Assembly: GCF_000027125.1 (NCBI RefSeq)
Contig: NC_017626.1
DNA length: 64,000 nt
Strand: one strand, 5' to 3'
Source of the DNA: Escherichia coli 042
GTDB lineage: Bacteria > Pseudomonadota > Gammaproteobacteria > Enterobacterales > Enterobacteriaceae
Positions 53,394 through 63,096 of the stretch are shown piece after piece; position 1 is the stretch's first letter, and every line of letters begins with the position of its first letter. The notes under the pieces were generated by a model. It did not search any database. It was given only the letters and a program-made list of their open reading frames with translations, and was not told where the DNA came from. The position numbers were made by a program, and so were the translations under genes.

Positions 53394-54938
53394 ATGCTGA
53401 TGTCTGTACAGAAAGAAAAGAACGTTGCAGAGAGCGTGGTATCTGAAGCGCATGCCGGCGACAGCGTATATGCTTCCCTGTTTGAAAAAATTAACCTGAG
53501 TCCGGTATCTGCCCTGAGTGCACTGGATATCTGGCAGGATCCACAGGCCATGTCAGAAGCATCTGCAGATGAACGTCTGACGGCAGGGATGCAGGTGTTT
53601 ATGGAGTGTCTGGCAAAAGCCGGCACGCAGGTGGAAAAACTCGATAAAGCGCTGATTGACCATCATATTGCAGAGCTTGATTATCAGATCAGCCGTCAAC
53701 TGGATGCTGTGCTTCATCATCCGGAATTTCAGAAAGTGGAGTCGCTGTGGCGGGGCGTGAAGTCCCTGGTGGATAAAACGGACTTCCGCCGTAATGTGAA
53801 AATTGAGCTGCTGGATCTGTCCAAAGACGATCTGCGTCAGGATTTTGAGGATGCGCCGGAAATTATTCAGAGCGGCCTTTATCTGCAGACCTATGTGGCT
53901 GAGTATGACACGCCGGGTGGTGAGCCCATTGCCGCCCTGGTTTCAGCCTGGGAGTTTGATGCATCTGCACAGGACGTGGCGTTGCTGAAAAATATTTCCC
54001 GGGTGGCGGCATCTGCACATATGCCGTTTATTGGTTCAGTTGGCCCGGCGTTCTTCCAGAAAGAAACCATGGAAGAGGTGGCTGCCATCAAGGATATTGG
54101 CAACCACTTTGAGCGTGCCGAGTACATCAAGTGGAATGCTTTCCGTGAGACGGACGATGCCCGCTATATTGGCCTGGTGATGCCCCGTGTACTGGGACGC
54201 CTGCCGTATGGCCCGGATACCGTACCTGTCCGCAGCTTTAACTATGTTGAAGAGGTGAAAGGACCGGACCACCATAAATATCTCTGGACGAACGCGTCTT
54301 TTGCCTTTGCAGCCAACATGGTGCGCAGTTTTGTCACCAACGGCTGGTGTGTTCAGATCCGTGGGCCTCAGGCCGGTGGTGCGGTGCAGGATTTGCCAAT
54401 CCATTTGTATGATCTGGGAACCGGTAATCAGGTCAAAATTCCGTCAGAGGTGATGATCCCGGAAACGCGGGAGTTTGAATTCGCGAATCTGGGCTTTATT
54501 CCGCTCTCTTACTACAAGAACCGGGATTATGCCTGCTTCTTCTCTGCTAACTCCGCCCAGAAACCGGCGCTGTACGATACGCCGGATGCAACGGCGAACA
54601 GTCGTATTAATGCCCGTCTTCCCTATATCTTCCTGCTGTCCCGTATTGCGCATTACCTGAAGATCATTCAGCGGGAAAATATCGGTACCACCAAAGATCG
54701 CCGTCTGCTTGAGCTGGAGCTGAATAACTGGATCCGGGGACTGGTGACGGAGATGACCGATCCGGGTGATGAACTGCAGGCCTCGCATCCGCTGCGTGAC
54801 GGAAAAGTGGTGGTGGAAGATATCGAAGACAATCCGGGATTCTTCCGCGTGAAACTCTACGCCGTACCGCATTTCCAGGTAGAAGGTATGGACGTCAGCC
54901 TGTCACTGGTTTCGCAGATGCCGAAGGCAAAAGCGTAA
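53394..54938 (+). CDS. tssC: T6SS contractile sheath large subunit TssC
   Basis: 514 aa directly after tssB; TssC/VipB-like sequence throughout. Confidence 0.95.
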   Translation: MLMSVQKEKNVAESVVSEAHAGDSVYASLFEKINLSPVSALSALDIWQDPQAMSEASADERLTAGMQVFMECLAKAGTQVEKLDKALIDHHIAELDYQISRQLDAVLHHPEFQKVESLWRGVKSLVDKTDFRRNVKIELLDLSKDDLRQDFEDAPEIIQSGLYLQTYVAEYDTPGGEPIAALVSAWEFDASAQDVALLKNISRVAASAHMPFIGSVGPAFFQKETMEEVAAIKDIGNHFERAEYIKWNAFRETDDARYIGLVMPRVLGRLPYGPDTVPVRSFNYVEEVKGPDHHKYLWTNASFAFAANMVRSFVTNGWCVQIRGPQAGGAVQDLPIHLYDLGTGNQVKIPSEVMIPETREFEFANLGFIPLSYYKNRDYACFFSANSAQKPALYDTPDATANSRINARLPYIFLLSRIAHYLKIIQRENIGTTKDRRLLELELNNWIRGLVTEMTDPGDELQASHPLRDGKVVVEDIEDNPGFFRVKLYAVPHFQVEGMDVSLSLVSQMPKAKA

Positions 54939-54953
54939 GGCAGGTGTCGGGAA

Positions 54954-56291
54954 ATGAAGATTTATCGCCCATTATGGGAAGACGGGGCTTTTCTGATGCC
55001 CCAGCAGTTTCAGCAGCAGGCTGCCTGGGATGTTCATCTGGCAGACAGCGTTGCCAGAATGGGGCTGGCGCATCCATGGGGCGTGGTGGCTGCAGAGTTT
55101 GATGACTCTCTGTTACCGCTTTCACGGTTGAATGCCACCCGTCTGATTGTTCGTTTCCCGGACGGAACGCTTATTGATACGGAACGCGCGGATAATCTGC
55201 CTCCGGTCTGTGATTTATCGACGGTTTCTGATCGTTCCCTGGTGGATATTGTGCTGGCACTACCGTTACTGAATGCTAACGGTGGCAACCTTGATAATGG
55301 CAGTGAGAGCGAGCGTCCGCGTCGCTGGAAATCAGAAAGGGTGAATGTGCAGGAGCTGGCCGGGCATGAGCAAAGCGAAGTGGCGGTATTGCGGCATAAC
55401 CTGACTCTGCGCATGGCTCATCAGGAAAATGCTGCCTGGCTGACCTGTCCCGTTACCCGTCTTGTTCGTGATGCACAGGGACAGTGGTGCAGGGACCCGC
55501 GTTTTATTCCCCCTCTGCTGACGCTGTCTGCCAGTCCTTCGCTGATGACTGAACTTGCGGAGTTGCTTCATCACCTGCAGGCGCGTCGCCAGCGACTGAT
55601 GTCCATGCGTCGGGAGAACAATGCCCGTCTTGCGGATTTTGCTGTGGCGGACGTGTCGTTGTTCTGGTTGCTGAATGCCCTGAACAGTGCGGAGCCTGTT
55701 CTGAAAGAGTTGCTTGACATGCCTTACCGCCACCCGGAACTGTTGTACAGGGAGCTTGCCCGGCTGGCAGGCTCCCTGCTCACATTCTCGCTTGAGCATA
55801 ATGTGGATGCGGTTCCGGCATACCATCATGAAACACCTGAAAATGTTTTCCCACCATTGCTTTCTTTGCTGAACCGGCTGCTGGAGGCAAGCCTGCCTTC
55901 CCGTGTGGTTTTCATTGAACTGAAACAAAAGGGTGTGATGTGGGAGGGGGCATTACATGATGCGCGTCTGCGCGAAGGGGCTGATTTCTGGCTTTCAGTG
56001 CGCTCTTCCATGCCCGGGCATGAACTGCAGACGAAGTTTCCGCAGCTATGCAAAGCCGGGAGCCCCGATGATGTGTCTGAGGTGGTGAATGTGGCGCTGA
56101 GCGGGGTCATTATCCGTCCGGTTACGCATGTACCGGCGGCCATTCCGCTCCGGCTGGAAAACCAGTATTTCGCGCTGGATTTAAGTACGGATGCGGCCCG
56201 GGCGATGCTGGACGCGGGGCGTTGTACTTTCTACACCCCGGCATCGCTGGGAGATGTGAAACTGGAACTTTTTGCGGTGCTGCGGACATGA
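54954..56291 (+). CDS. tssK: T6SS baseplate protein TssK
   Basis: 445 aa; MKIYRPLWEDGAFLMPQQFQQQ, canonical TssK N-terminus. Confidence 0.9.
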   Translation: MKIYRPLWEDGAFLMPQQFQQQAAWDVHLADSVARMGLAHPWGVVAAEFDDSLLPLSRLNATRLIVRFPDGTLIDTERADNLPPVCDLSTVSDRSLVDIVLALPLLNANGGNLDNGSESERPRRWKSERVNVQELAGHEQSEVAVLRHNLTLRMAHQENAAWLTCPVTRLVRDAQGQWCRDPRFIPPLLTLSASPSLMTELAELLHHLQARRQRLMSMRRENNARLADFAVADVSLFWLLNALNSAEPVLKELLDMPYRHPELLYRELARLAGSLLTFSLEHNVDAVPAYHHETPENVFPPLLSLLNRLLEASLPSRVVFIELKQKGVMWEGALHDARLREGADFWLSVRSSMPGHELQTKFPQLCKAGSPDDVSEVVNVALSGVIIRPVTHVPAAIPLRLENQYFALDLSTDAARAMLDAGRCTFYTPASLGDVKLELFAVLRT

Positions 56292-56941
56292 ATAAACCTG
56301 TTATCTCCCGGGCTGAACAGATTTTTTATCCCGGCTGGCTGATGGTCAGCCAGCTGCGCAGCGGGCAACCGGTTGAGGATGGTAAGGCCCTGTATCGCCG
56401 TGCCTGTCAGCTGGTGAAACAGGCGCGTGAAGAGCTGGCCGAAGCAGGATTCAGTCAGAAAAGCAGTGACATCATGTTGTATGCCTTCTGCGCCCTGCTG
56501 GACGAGAGTGTACTGAACCGCGAAAAAACAGACGATGGCTGGCGCACCTGGCAGCAGGACCCGCTGCAGGCTCATTTTTTTGGTACGCTCAATGCCGGTG
56601 AAGAGCTCTGGGAGCGTATTCGTGAACAACTGAAATTACCAGCGCCGGATGTGGCGGTACTGACATGCCTCTGCCGTACGCTTCAGCTCGGTTTTACCGG
56701 TCAGTACCGGTCGCAGGATGATGAGCGTCGCGAAGATGTAATACGCGCACTGACAGCGCGTGTTCCTGCATTTACTTTCGCACAGGATGCGCCGGTGGTG
56801 GTGCGTGCACCGGGTTACCGTGCTGGCAGAACGATGTACTGGTTGTCATGGGGGGCGGGTATTGTGACGCTGGCTGGTCTCTGGTGTGTGCTTTCTTCTG
56901 TGCTTGCAGACCAGGTGGCACGGCTTACCGGGCAGGGATAA
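56288..56941 (+). CDS. tssL: T6SS membrane-complex protein TssL (DotU-like)
   Basis: ORF 56222-56941; start taken at the ATGA overlap with the tssK stop (MNKPVISRAEQIFYPGWL...); cytoplasmic DotU domain plus single C-terminal TM helix. Confidence 0.88.
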   Translation: MNKPVISRAEQIFYPGWLMVSQLRSGQPVEDGKALYRRACQLVKQAREELAEAGFSQKSSDIMLYAFCALLDESVLNREKTDDGWRTWQQDPLQAHFFGTLNAGEELWERIREQLKLPAPDVAVLTCLCRTLQLGFTGQYRSQDDERREDVIRALTARVPAFTFAQDAPVVVRAPGYRAGRTMYWLSWGAGIVTLAGLWCVLSSVLADQVARLTGQG

Positions 56942-56943
56942 CC

Positions 56944-58674
56944 ATGCACGTACGTTCCCGTCTCTGGCTGACAATACTGAGTCTGTTCCTGACACTGTGG
57001 CTGATTTCGGGATTCCTGCCGCTGTCTGCAGTAAACCAGATAATACTGACCCTGGTTTCAGTTGTGGCGGCGGGGCTTGTGCTGTGGTACCAGTGGCGTT
57101 GTCTGTCTTCCCGTCGTGATATCCCGGAGAAGGCCGGCGATGACGGTCTGCCGCCTGAGTATTTTCAGGGACATGTGCTGCTTGTTGCCGGAAACTCAGA
57201 TGCGTGGTTCGAACCCGGTCAGGCATACCGGGAAACAGCATCGGGATGGTATCTTCGTGTGGATACGCCGGAGCAGATGAGAATACTGGCAGAACGGTTG
57301 TCGTACAGCCGTCCGGCCCTGTGTGGCCAGGTCGTGGTCATGCTGGGACTTTTACCGGAGCAGCATACCTCAGATGAAGCTTTCCTGTCGTGGTTGCGGA
57401 ACTGGCAGCGTGCAGTCATGCAGTGCCGGCAGTGGCTGAATACCACGCCACCGGTGCTGGTTACATTGATGGTTTCAGAGCCGTCACCACAAAACACATC
57501 CTTAAATAAGCACTCTACACACTGGTTTACACTGACACCGGACCTGCCGGGAATGCATATACGCCTGACGGAAGCCGGAGCAATTCCGGCAGAGGAATGG
57601 CTGCAGGCGTGTGATGCAGCGTCCAGGCTCCGGTGCGTCAGTGAACTGTTATGGCTGAATGCCATGTTGTCCTGGTACAACCGGGTTACTGATGCCCTGA
57701 CAGCTATTTGCCGGCAGGAGCACTTTTATTTCCGGCCGGTTGCCGTTGGATTCTGTCTGACGTCGGTTGCGGCCCGCCCCGGTAATCTCTGGCAACAACA
57801 ACTGACGTCCCTCACTGCATTGCCACCGCCTGCCGGCGTGTCATCACAGGTATTGCCGTTGCCGGATATTCTGCTGTCCGGTATTCCCCGTCATCGTGGA
57901 CTCAGTCACTGGCACAGACTTTGTCGCCAGACGGGGGCGATTGTCGGTGTTTTTCTTCTGCTGGCTATGCTGGCGTCTTTTATGAATAACCAGCGGCTGG
58001 TTCGCAGCGTGGGGGAACACCTGACGGCCTGGCACCGGATGCGCGGATATTCATCTGAATCGAAAACAACAGCACTGCAACGTCTTCAGGCTGACAGCCA
58101 GTTACTGAACGACTGGCAGCAACGTGGTGTGCCACAGCGTTACGGACTGGGATTGTATCAGGGAATGTGGCTGATACCGCCGGTTGAGCGTGCGACTGGT
58201 GAGTGGGTTGCACCACGGCCTCCCCGTCCGGTGATACAGAAAGTTACTCAGACGCCGAAAACGGTTCGCCTTAACAGCCTGGCACTGTTTGATGCCGGTA
58301 AATGGACGCTGAAGCCGGGCGCCACAAAATGGCTGGTGAATGCCCTGGTGGATATTAAGGCAAAAGCAGGCTGGCTGATTGTGGTCAGTGGTCACACGGA
58401 TAATACCGGTGACCCGCTGCGCAACCAGGCCTTGTCCCTGAAGCGTGCAGAGGCCGTTCGCGACTGGATGCGGGATACCGGCGATATTCCCCAAAGCTGT
58501 TTTGCCGTACAGGGATACGGTGAAAGCCGCCCTGTGGCCCCGAATGACACGGCGGAAGGCCGTGCGCGTAACCGCCGTGTTGAAATCAGTCTGGTACCGC
58601 AGGCCGATGCCTGTCGTCTGCCGGACGTTTCCCCTGCGCCGGAAGAGGGCGCATCAGAAAACATAACGGAGTAA
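56944..58674 (+). CDS. tagL: TagL-like T6SS accessory protein: polytopic membrane domain plus C-terminal OmpA/MotB-type peptidoglycan-binding domain
   Basis: ORF 56848-58674; Met at 56944 immediately after the tssL stop gives 576 aa; N-terminal TM helices; C-terminal VSGHTDNTGDPLRNQALSLKRAEAVRDWM...NRRVEI OmpA-like motif. Confidence 0.8.
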   Translation: MHVRSRLWLTILSLFLTLWLISGFLPLSAVNQIILTLVSVVAAGLVLWYQWRCLSSRRDIPEKAGDDGLPPEYFQGHVLLVAGNSDAWFEPGQAYRETASGWYLRVDTPEQMRILAERLSYSRPALCGQVVVMLGLLPEQHTSDEAFLSWLRNWQRAVMQCRQWLNTTPPVLVTLMVSEPSPQNTSLNKHSTHWFTLTPDLPGMHIRLTEAGAIPAEEWLQACDAASRLRCVSELLWLNAMLSWYNRVTDALTAICRQEHFYFRPVAVGFCLTSVAARPGNLWQQQLTSLTALPPPAGVSSQVLPLPDILLSGIPRHRGLSHWHRLCRQTGAIVGVFLLLAMLASFMNNQRLVRSVGEHLTAWHRMRGYSSESKTTALQRLQADSQLLNDWQQRGVPQRYGLGLYQGMWLIPPVERATGEWVAPRPPRPVIQKVTQTPKTVRLNSLALFDAGKWTLKPGATKWLVNALVDIKAKAGWLIVVSGHTDNTGDPLRNQALSLKRAEAVRDWMRDTGDIPQSCFAVQGYGESRPVAPNDTAEGRARNRRVEISLVPQADACRLPDVSPAPEEGASENITE

Positions 58675-58679
58675 TTTTT

Positions 58680-59171
58680 ATGGCAATTCCAGTTTATCTG
58701 TGGCTGAAAGATGATGGCGGTGCAGATATCAAAGGGTCCGTGGATGTTCAGGACCGTGAGGGCAGCATTGAGGTGGTGGCTCAGGAGCACTGCCTCTACA
58801 TCCCGACGGATAACAATACCGGTAAGCTGACCGGTACCCGTATTCACACGCCGTTTCTGTTTACCAAGGAAATTGATTCTTCCAGCCCGTACCTTTACAA
58901 GGCCGTGACCACCGGGCAGACCCTGAAGTCTGCTGAGTTTAAGTGGTACAAAATCAATGATGCCGGTCAGGAGGTGGAGTATTTCAATACGAAGCTTGAG
59001 AACGTGAAGGTGGTGAAGGTTAACCCGGTCATGCACGACATCAAGAATCCCGCTTACGAGAAGCATAACCACCTTGAGCAGGTGGAACTGCGCTACGAGA
59101 AAATCACCTGGACTTACAAGGACGGCAACATCATTCATTCCGACGCATGGAGTGAGCGTACCACCGCGTAA
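58680..59171 (+). CDS. hcp: T6SS inner tube protein Hcp (TssD)
   Basis: 163 aa; MAIPVYLWLKDDGGADIKGSVDV, classic Hcp. Confidence 0.93.
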   Translation: MAIPVYLWLKDDGGADIKGSVDVQDREGSIEVVAQEHCLYIPTDNNTGKLTGTRIHTPFLFTKEIDSSSPYLYKAVTTGQTLKSAEFKWYKINDAGQEVEYFNTKLENVKVVKVNPVMHDIKNPAYEKHNHLEQVELRYEKITWTYKDGNIIHSDAWSERTTA

Positions 59172-59330
59172 TTCTGCCGGACGGACAGGGCATCCTGTCC
59201 GTCATTTTTATTTTTTCTTCAGCATCTGTTGGCGGGTGCTGAAGAAAGAATTCTCAATCCTGAACACAGACCTGATGCGCCTGGGTTACGGCGAAGGGCG
59301 GTAGCGTGCCTGACGGTCTCCTGACAGTGA

Positions 59331-61997
59331 GTGAATAACATGGAAAATTCGGCAGCCCTGTTACGTCGTCTTAATCATTACTGTGCCCGTGCACTGGAAG
59401 GCGCAGCCTCCCTTTGCCAGACCCGGGCCCATGCGGAAATCACCCCGGAGCACTGGTTACTGAAACTGCTGGAGCAGGGGGAAGGAGACCTTACCGTGCT
59501 GGGCAGGCGTTATGACTGGGATATGGACGCGATATGGCAGTCGCTGCTCGGCTGGCTGGATAACCAGCCCCGTAGCGTACGCAGTCGCCCGCAGCTTGCG
59601 CAGTCCCTGAATGCTCTGCTGAAACAGGCCTGGATGGTGGCCTCATTACAGGGAGAAGAACATATCCGCAGCGTGCATCTGCTGGGTGCCCTGACGGAAA
59701 ATCCGCACCTGGTTCGCTGTGACGGGCTGTGGCCTCTGCTGACACTGAGTCAGAGCCAGTTGCAGCGTCTGTCCCCGCTGCTGGATGCGCAGTCTGATGA
59801 GTGTCCGGAGACGTTACAGGATGCAGAGCCTGTGCTGCCTCAGGGAGACAGTGTGACCTTTATCGGGCGCCCTGTCGGTGCGGATACGGCAGGTATACCG
59901 TCAGGTGACCTGCCGCCGGTGTTACAGGGTGCGCTGGATAAATTCACCCGGGACATCACGGCCAGCGCGAGAGAGGGGAAAATTGACCCGGTATCGGGAC
60001 GCGATACGGAAATCCGTCAGATGGTGGATATTCTCTCCCGCCGTCGCAAGAATAACCCGATTCTGGTGGGGGACCCCGGTGTGGGGAAAACGGCTCTGGT
60101 GGAAGGGCTCGCCCTGCGTATTGTGGAAGGTAACGTACCAGAATCTCTCAGACCCGTCACCCTGCGCACCCTTGACCTCGGCCTGCTGCAGGCCGGTGCC
60201 GGCGTGAAAGGTGAATTTGAACAGCGTCTGAAAAACGTGATTGATGCCGTGCAGCTGTCACCGGCTCCTGTACTGCTGTTTATAGATGAAGCCCATACCC
60301 TTATCGGTGCCGGTAATCAGGCCGGTGGCGCGGATGCGGCCAACCTGCTGAAGCCTGCGCTGGCGCGAGGCGAACTGCGCACCATTGCTGCCACCACCTG
60401 GTCTGAGTACAAACAATACCTGGAACGTGACGCGGCTCTGGAGCGGCGTTTTCAGATGGTCAAAGTGGACGAGCCGGATGATGAGACGGCCTGTCTGATG
60501 CTGCGCTCCCTGAAATCCCGTTATGCGGAACATCATAACGTGCATATCACCGATGAGGCAGTACGTGCTGCCGTCACACTCTCGCGCCGTTATCTGACAG
60601 AACGTCAGTTACCGGACAAGGCCGTTGACCTGCTTGATACTGCTGCTGCCCGTGTGCGGATGAGCCTCGACACGGTGCCGGAACAGCTGACCCGAATCCG
60701 TTCACAGCTCGCTTCCCTCGGTATGGAAAAACAGGCACTGCTGGAAGATATTGCCGTTGGTCATCAGAATCACGGCGAACGCCTGTCTGCCATTGAGCAG
60801 GAAGAGAACGTGCTGATGACAGCACGTGATGACCTGGAGCAGCAGTACGCCCGTGAGTGCGAACTCACCGGTGAGTTACTTGAAAGCCGCAGCGATATTT
60901 CCCGCCAGAGTGAGACACATCACCTGCAGCAGGCACTGCACGACATTCAGCAGAATCAGCCCCTGCTCAGTGTGGATGTTGACGTACGCACCGTTGCCGG
61001 TGTGGTCGCGGACTGGACCGGAGTGCCGTTATCCTCACTGATGAAGGATGAACAGACGGAACTGCTGCATCTGGAAAAGGATATCGGCAGACGGGTGGTC
61101 GGACAGGACGTGGCACTGGAATCCATTGCACAGCGTCTGCGTGCGGCGAAAACGGGTCTGACATCCGGTAACGGCCCCCAGGAGGTGTTCCTGCTGGTCG
61201 GCCCCAGTGGTGTGGGAAAAACCGAAACGGCACTGGCGCTGGCAGATGTGATGTACGGCGGCGAAAAATCACTGATTACCATCAATCTGTCGGAATATCA
61301 GGAGCCCCATACGGTTTCCCAGCTTAAGGGTTCACCGCCCGGGTACGTGGGATACGGTCAGGGGGGTATTCTGACGGAAGCTGTACGTAAGCGCCCTTAC
61401 AGCGTGGTGCTGCTGGATGAAGTGGAAAAGGCCCACCGGGATGTGCTGAATCTGTTCTACCAGGTGTTTGACCGGGGCTTTATGCGCGACGGTGAGGGGC
61501 GTGAAATTGACTTCCGTAATACGGTCATTCTGATGACCTCCAATCTGGGCAGTGACCTTCTGATGCAGCAACTGAGCGAAAAGCCGGAGACAACGGAATC
61601 GGAGCTGCATGAGCTTATCCGTCCACTGCTGCGCGACCACTTCCAGCCAGCACTGCTTGCCCGTTTCCAGACCGTGATTTACCGTCCGCTGACACCGTCT
61701 GCTATGCGCACCATTGTGGAGATGAAGCTTGCACAGGTCTGCGAACGCCTGCACTGCCATTATGGGCTGAGCACATCGGTTGATGAACGTGTGTACGATG
61801 CCCTGACATCCGCCTGCCTGCTGCCGGATACGGGCGCCCGGAATGTGGAGAGTCTGCTGAACCAGCAACTGCTGCCGGTACTGAGCCGGCAGTTGCTGAG
61901 CCATATGGCCGCGAAGCAGAAACCGCAGGCGCTGGCTCTGGCATGGAGTGACGAAGACGGTATGGTGATTGAGCTGCGGCAGGAATGCGCGTTATGA
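59331..61997 (+). CDS. clpV: T6SS AAA+ ATPase ClpV (TssH)
   Basis: 888 aa; two AAA+ modules with Walker A GDPGVGKT and GPSGVGKT; ClpB-like N-domain. Confidence 0.95.
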   Translation: MNNMENSAALLRRLNHYCARALEGAASLCQTRAHAEITPEHWLLKLLEQGEGDLTVLGRRYDWDMDAIWQSLLGWLDNQPRSVRSRPQLAQSLNALLKQAWMVASLQGEEHIRSVHLLGALTENPHLVRCDGLWPLLTLSQSQLQRLSPLLDAQSDECPETLQDAEPVLPQGDSVTFIGRPVGADTAGIPSGDLPPVLQGALDKFTRDITASAREGKIDPVSGRDTEIRQMVDILSRRRKNNPILVGDPGVGKTALVEGLALRIVEGNVPESLRPVTLRTLDLGLLQAGAGVKGEFEQRLKNVIDAVQLSPAPVLLFIDEAHTLIGAGNQAGGADAANLLKPALARGELRTIAATTWSEYKQYLERDAALERRFQMVKVDEPDDETACLMLRSLKSRYAEHHNVHITDEAVRAAVTLSRRYLTERQLPDKAVDLLDTAAARVRMSLDTVPEQLTRIRSQLASLGMEKQALLEDIAVGHQNHGERLSAIEQEENVLMTARDDLEQQYARECELTGELLESRSDISRQSETHHLQQALHDIQQNQPLLSVDVDVRTVAGVVADWTGVPLSSLMKDEQTELLHLEKDIGRRVVGQDVALESIAQRLRAAKTGLTSGNGPQEVFLLVGPSGVGKTETALALADVMYGGEKSLITINLSEYQEPHTVSQLKGSPPGYVGYGQGGILTEAVRKRPYSVVLLDEVEKAHRDVLNLFYQVFDRGFMRDGEGREIDFRNTVILMTSNLGSDLLMQQLSEKPETTESELHELIRPLLRDHFQPALLARFQTVIYRPLTPSAMRTIVEMKLAQVCERLHCHYGLSTSVDERVYDALTSACLLPDTGARNVESLLNQQLLPVLSRQLLSHMAAKQKPQALALAWSDEDGMVIELRQECAL

Positions 61998-62560
61998 CCG
62001 GCTATGGCAGAAATCAGGACGCTGGCGCAGGTAAAAATCAAAGGGAAGAAGGCTCATTGCGGTTACTGACGCCGGGAGAGATTGCGCTGGCGAGGCTGGT
62101 ATTCAGGTTGACAATCCCTTATGAAAAGGTCTGGATCCACCATGACAGTTTTCTGCCTTTTGGTCTTCAGAATAAGCAAACTGCCATGCCCCCCGATGGT
62201 AAGATTTATTTCCGTGAGCACTATCGGGATGATTATTCACTCAGCGTTCCCTTTTATCAGCATATGTTTATTCATGAAATGGCGCATGTCTGGCAGCGTG
62301 AAAAGGGAATGAATGTCATCGGTCGGGGGATGTTCAGTTGGGCGGTGAATTACCGTTATGTTCTGGACGGGCGTCTGTTAAGCGAATATCCCATGGAGCA
62401 GCAGGCACAAATTATTGCTGATCATTTTACTTTGCAGGCTGAAGGATACGGGACATGGTGTGATATGAGAAGGGACGGTGATATCACACTGGACGGAAAT
62501 ATGTCTGAGTATGTTATTCGCAGCCTGTATACCAGCACGTTGCGGGGGTTCCCATGGTAA
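61994..62560 (+). CDS. HExxH-motif protein (putative Zn-metallopeptidase-like), T6SS-associated, function unknown
   Basis: ORF 61985-62560; ATGA overlap with the clpV stop suggests translational coupling; motif FIHEMAHVWQ; no signal peptide. Confidence 0.55.
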   Translation: MTGYGRNQDAGAGKNQREEGSLRLLTPGEIALARLVFRLTIPYEKVWIHHDSFLPFGLQNKQTAMPPDGKIYFREHYRDDYSLSVPFYQHMFIHEMAHVWQREKGMNVIGRGMFSWAVNYRYVLDGRLLSEYPMEQQAQIIADHFTLQAEGYGTWCDMRRDGDITLDGNMSEYVIRSLYTSTLRGFPW

Positions 62561-63096
62561 AAATAAGAGCCTTTCGTTATCGTTCTGCTTTACTGCTCTG
62601 TCTGACGTTACTGACAGGATGCCCCGGACGCGGGGATTATTATCGGTTTGATGAAACAGTAACGGTCAGCACAAGAGGCGACAATGTGTGTTTCAGTGTC
62701 CCGGAGCCAGAGGACTACCAGCCAGTCAGCGTTTCCATCGCTCCACGGGGAACCCGATTCAGGGAGCGGCAAATTACATCTGAACCCTCGCTTCGTATCG
62801 TGAACGGCCAGCTGTGCATTCCGCCTTCATTCTGTCTTTTTCCTGATAAAGGCCAGTTCATTGTCAGGTCTGTTCTGCACTCTGAGCGCGATAAGGACAC
62901 ACCGCGCATCATGGTTGCCGGCATAGAGATTGCCGACGGGTGTATTTTCGATATCCCGCTTAATGACATGGAGGTCGTGAGGCCATACGGTGAGCTGAAA
63001 AGCAGTAATGTTCAGACTGACCAGAGCGAACGTCATGGTCCCTGCAAATACCCTTTCAGAGCTGTTCGTGGAGTGATAAATCATGAATCTCACTGA
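62554..63096 (+). CDS. Predicted lipoprotein (180 aa), T6SS-associated
   Basis: Signal peptide plus lipobox LLTGC (MVKIRAFRYRSALLLCLTLLTGC); overlaps the HExxH ORF upstream and vgrG downstream. Confidence 0.55.
   Translation: MVKIRAFRYRSALLLCLTLLTGCPGRGDYYRFDETVTVSTRGDNVCFSVPEPEDYQPVSVSIAPRGTRFRERQITSEPSLRIVNGQLCIPPSFCLFPDKGQFIVRSVLHSERDKDTPRIMVAGIEIADGCIFDIPLNDMEVVRPYGELKSSNVQTDQSERHGPCKYPFRAVRGVINHESH

Noticed and set aside
56848-56943. N-terminal 32 codons of the ORF-track 608-aa frame
   Set aside because: This extension overlaps the tssL 3' end in another frame; the Met at 56944 directly after the tssL stop is the more plausible start.
58392-59138. 248-aa ORF on the - strand
   Set aside because: Antisense across the tagL 3' end and hcp, both well-supported + strand genes.
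61332-61904. 190-aa ORF on the - strand
   Set aside because: Antisense within clpV.
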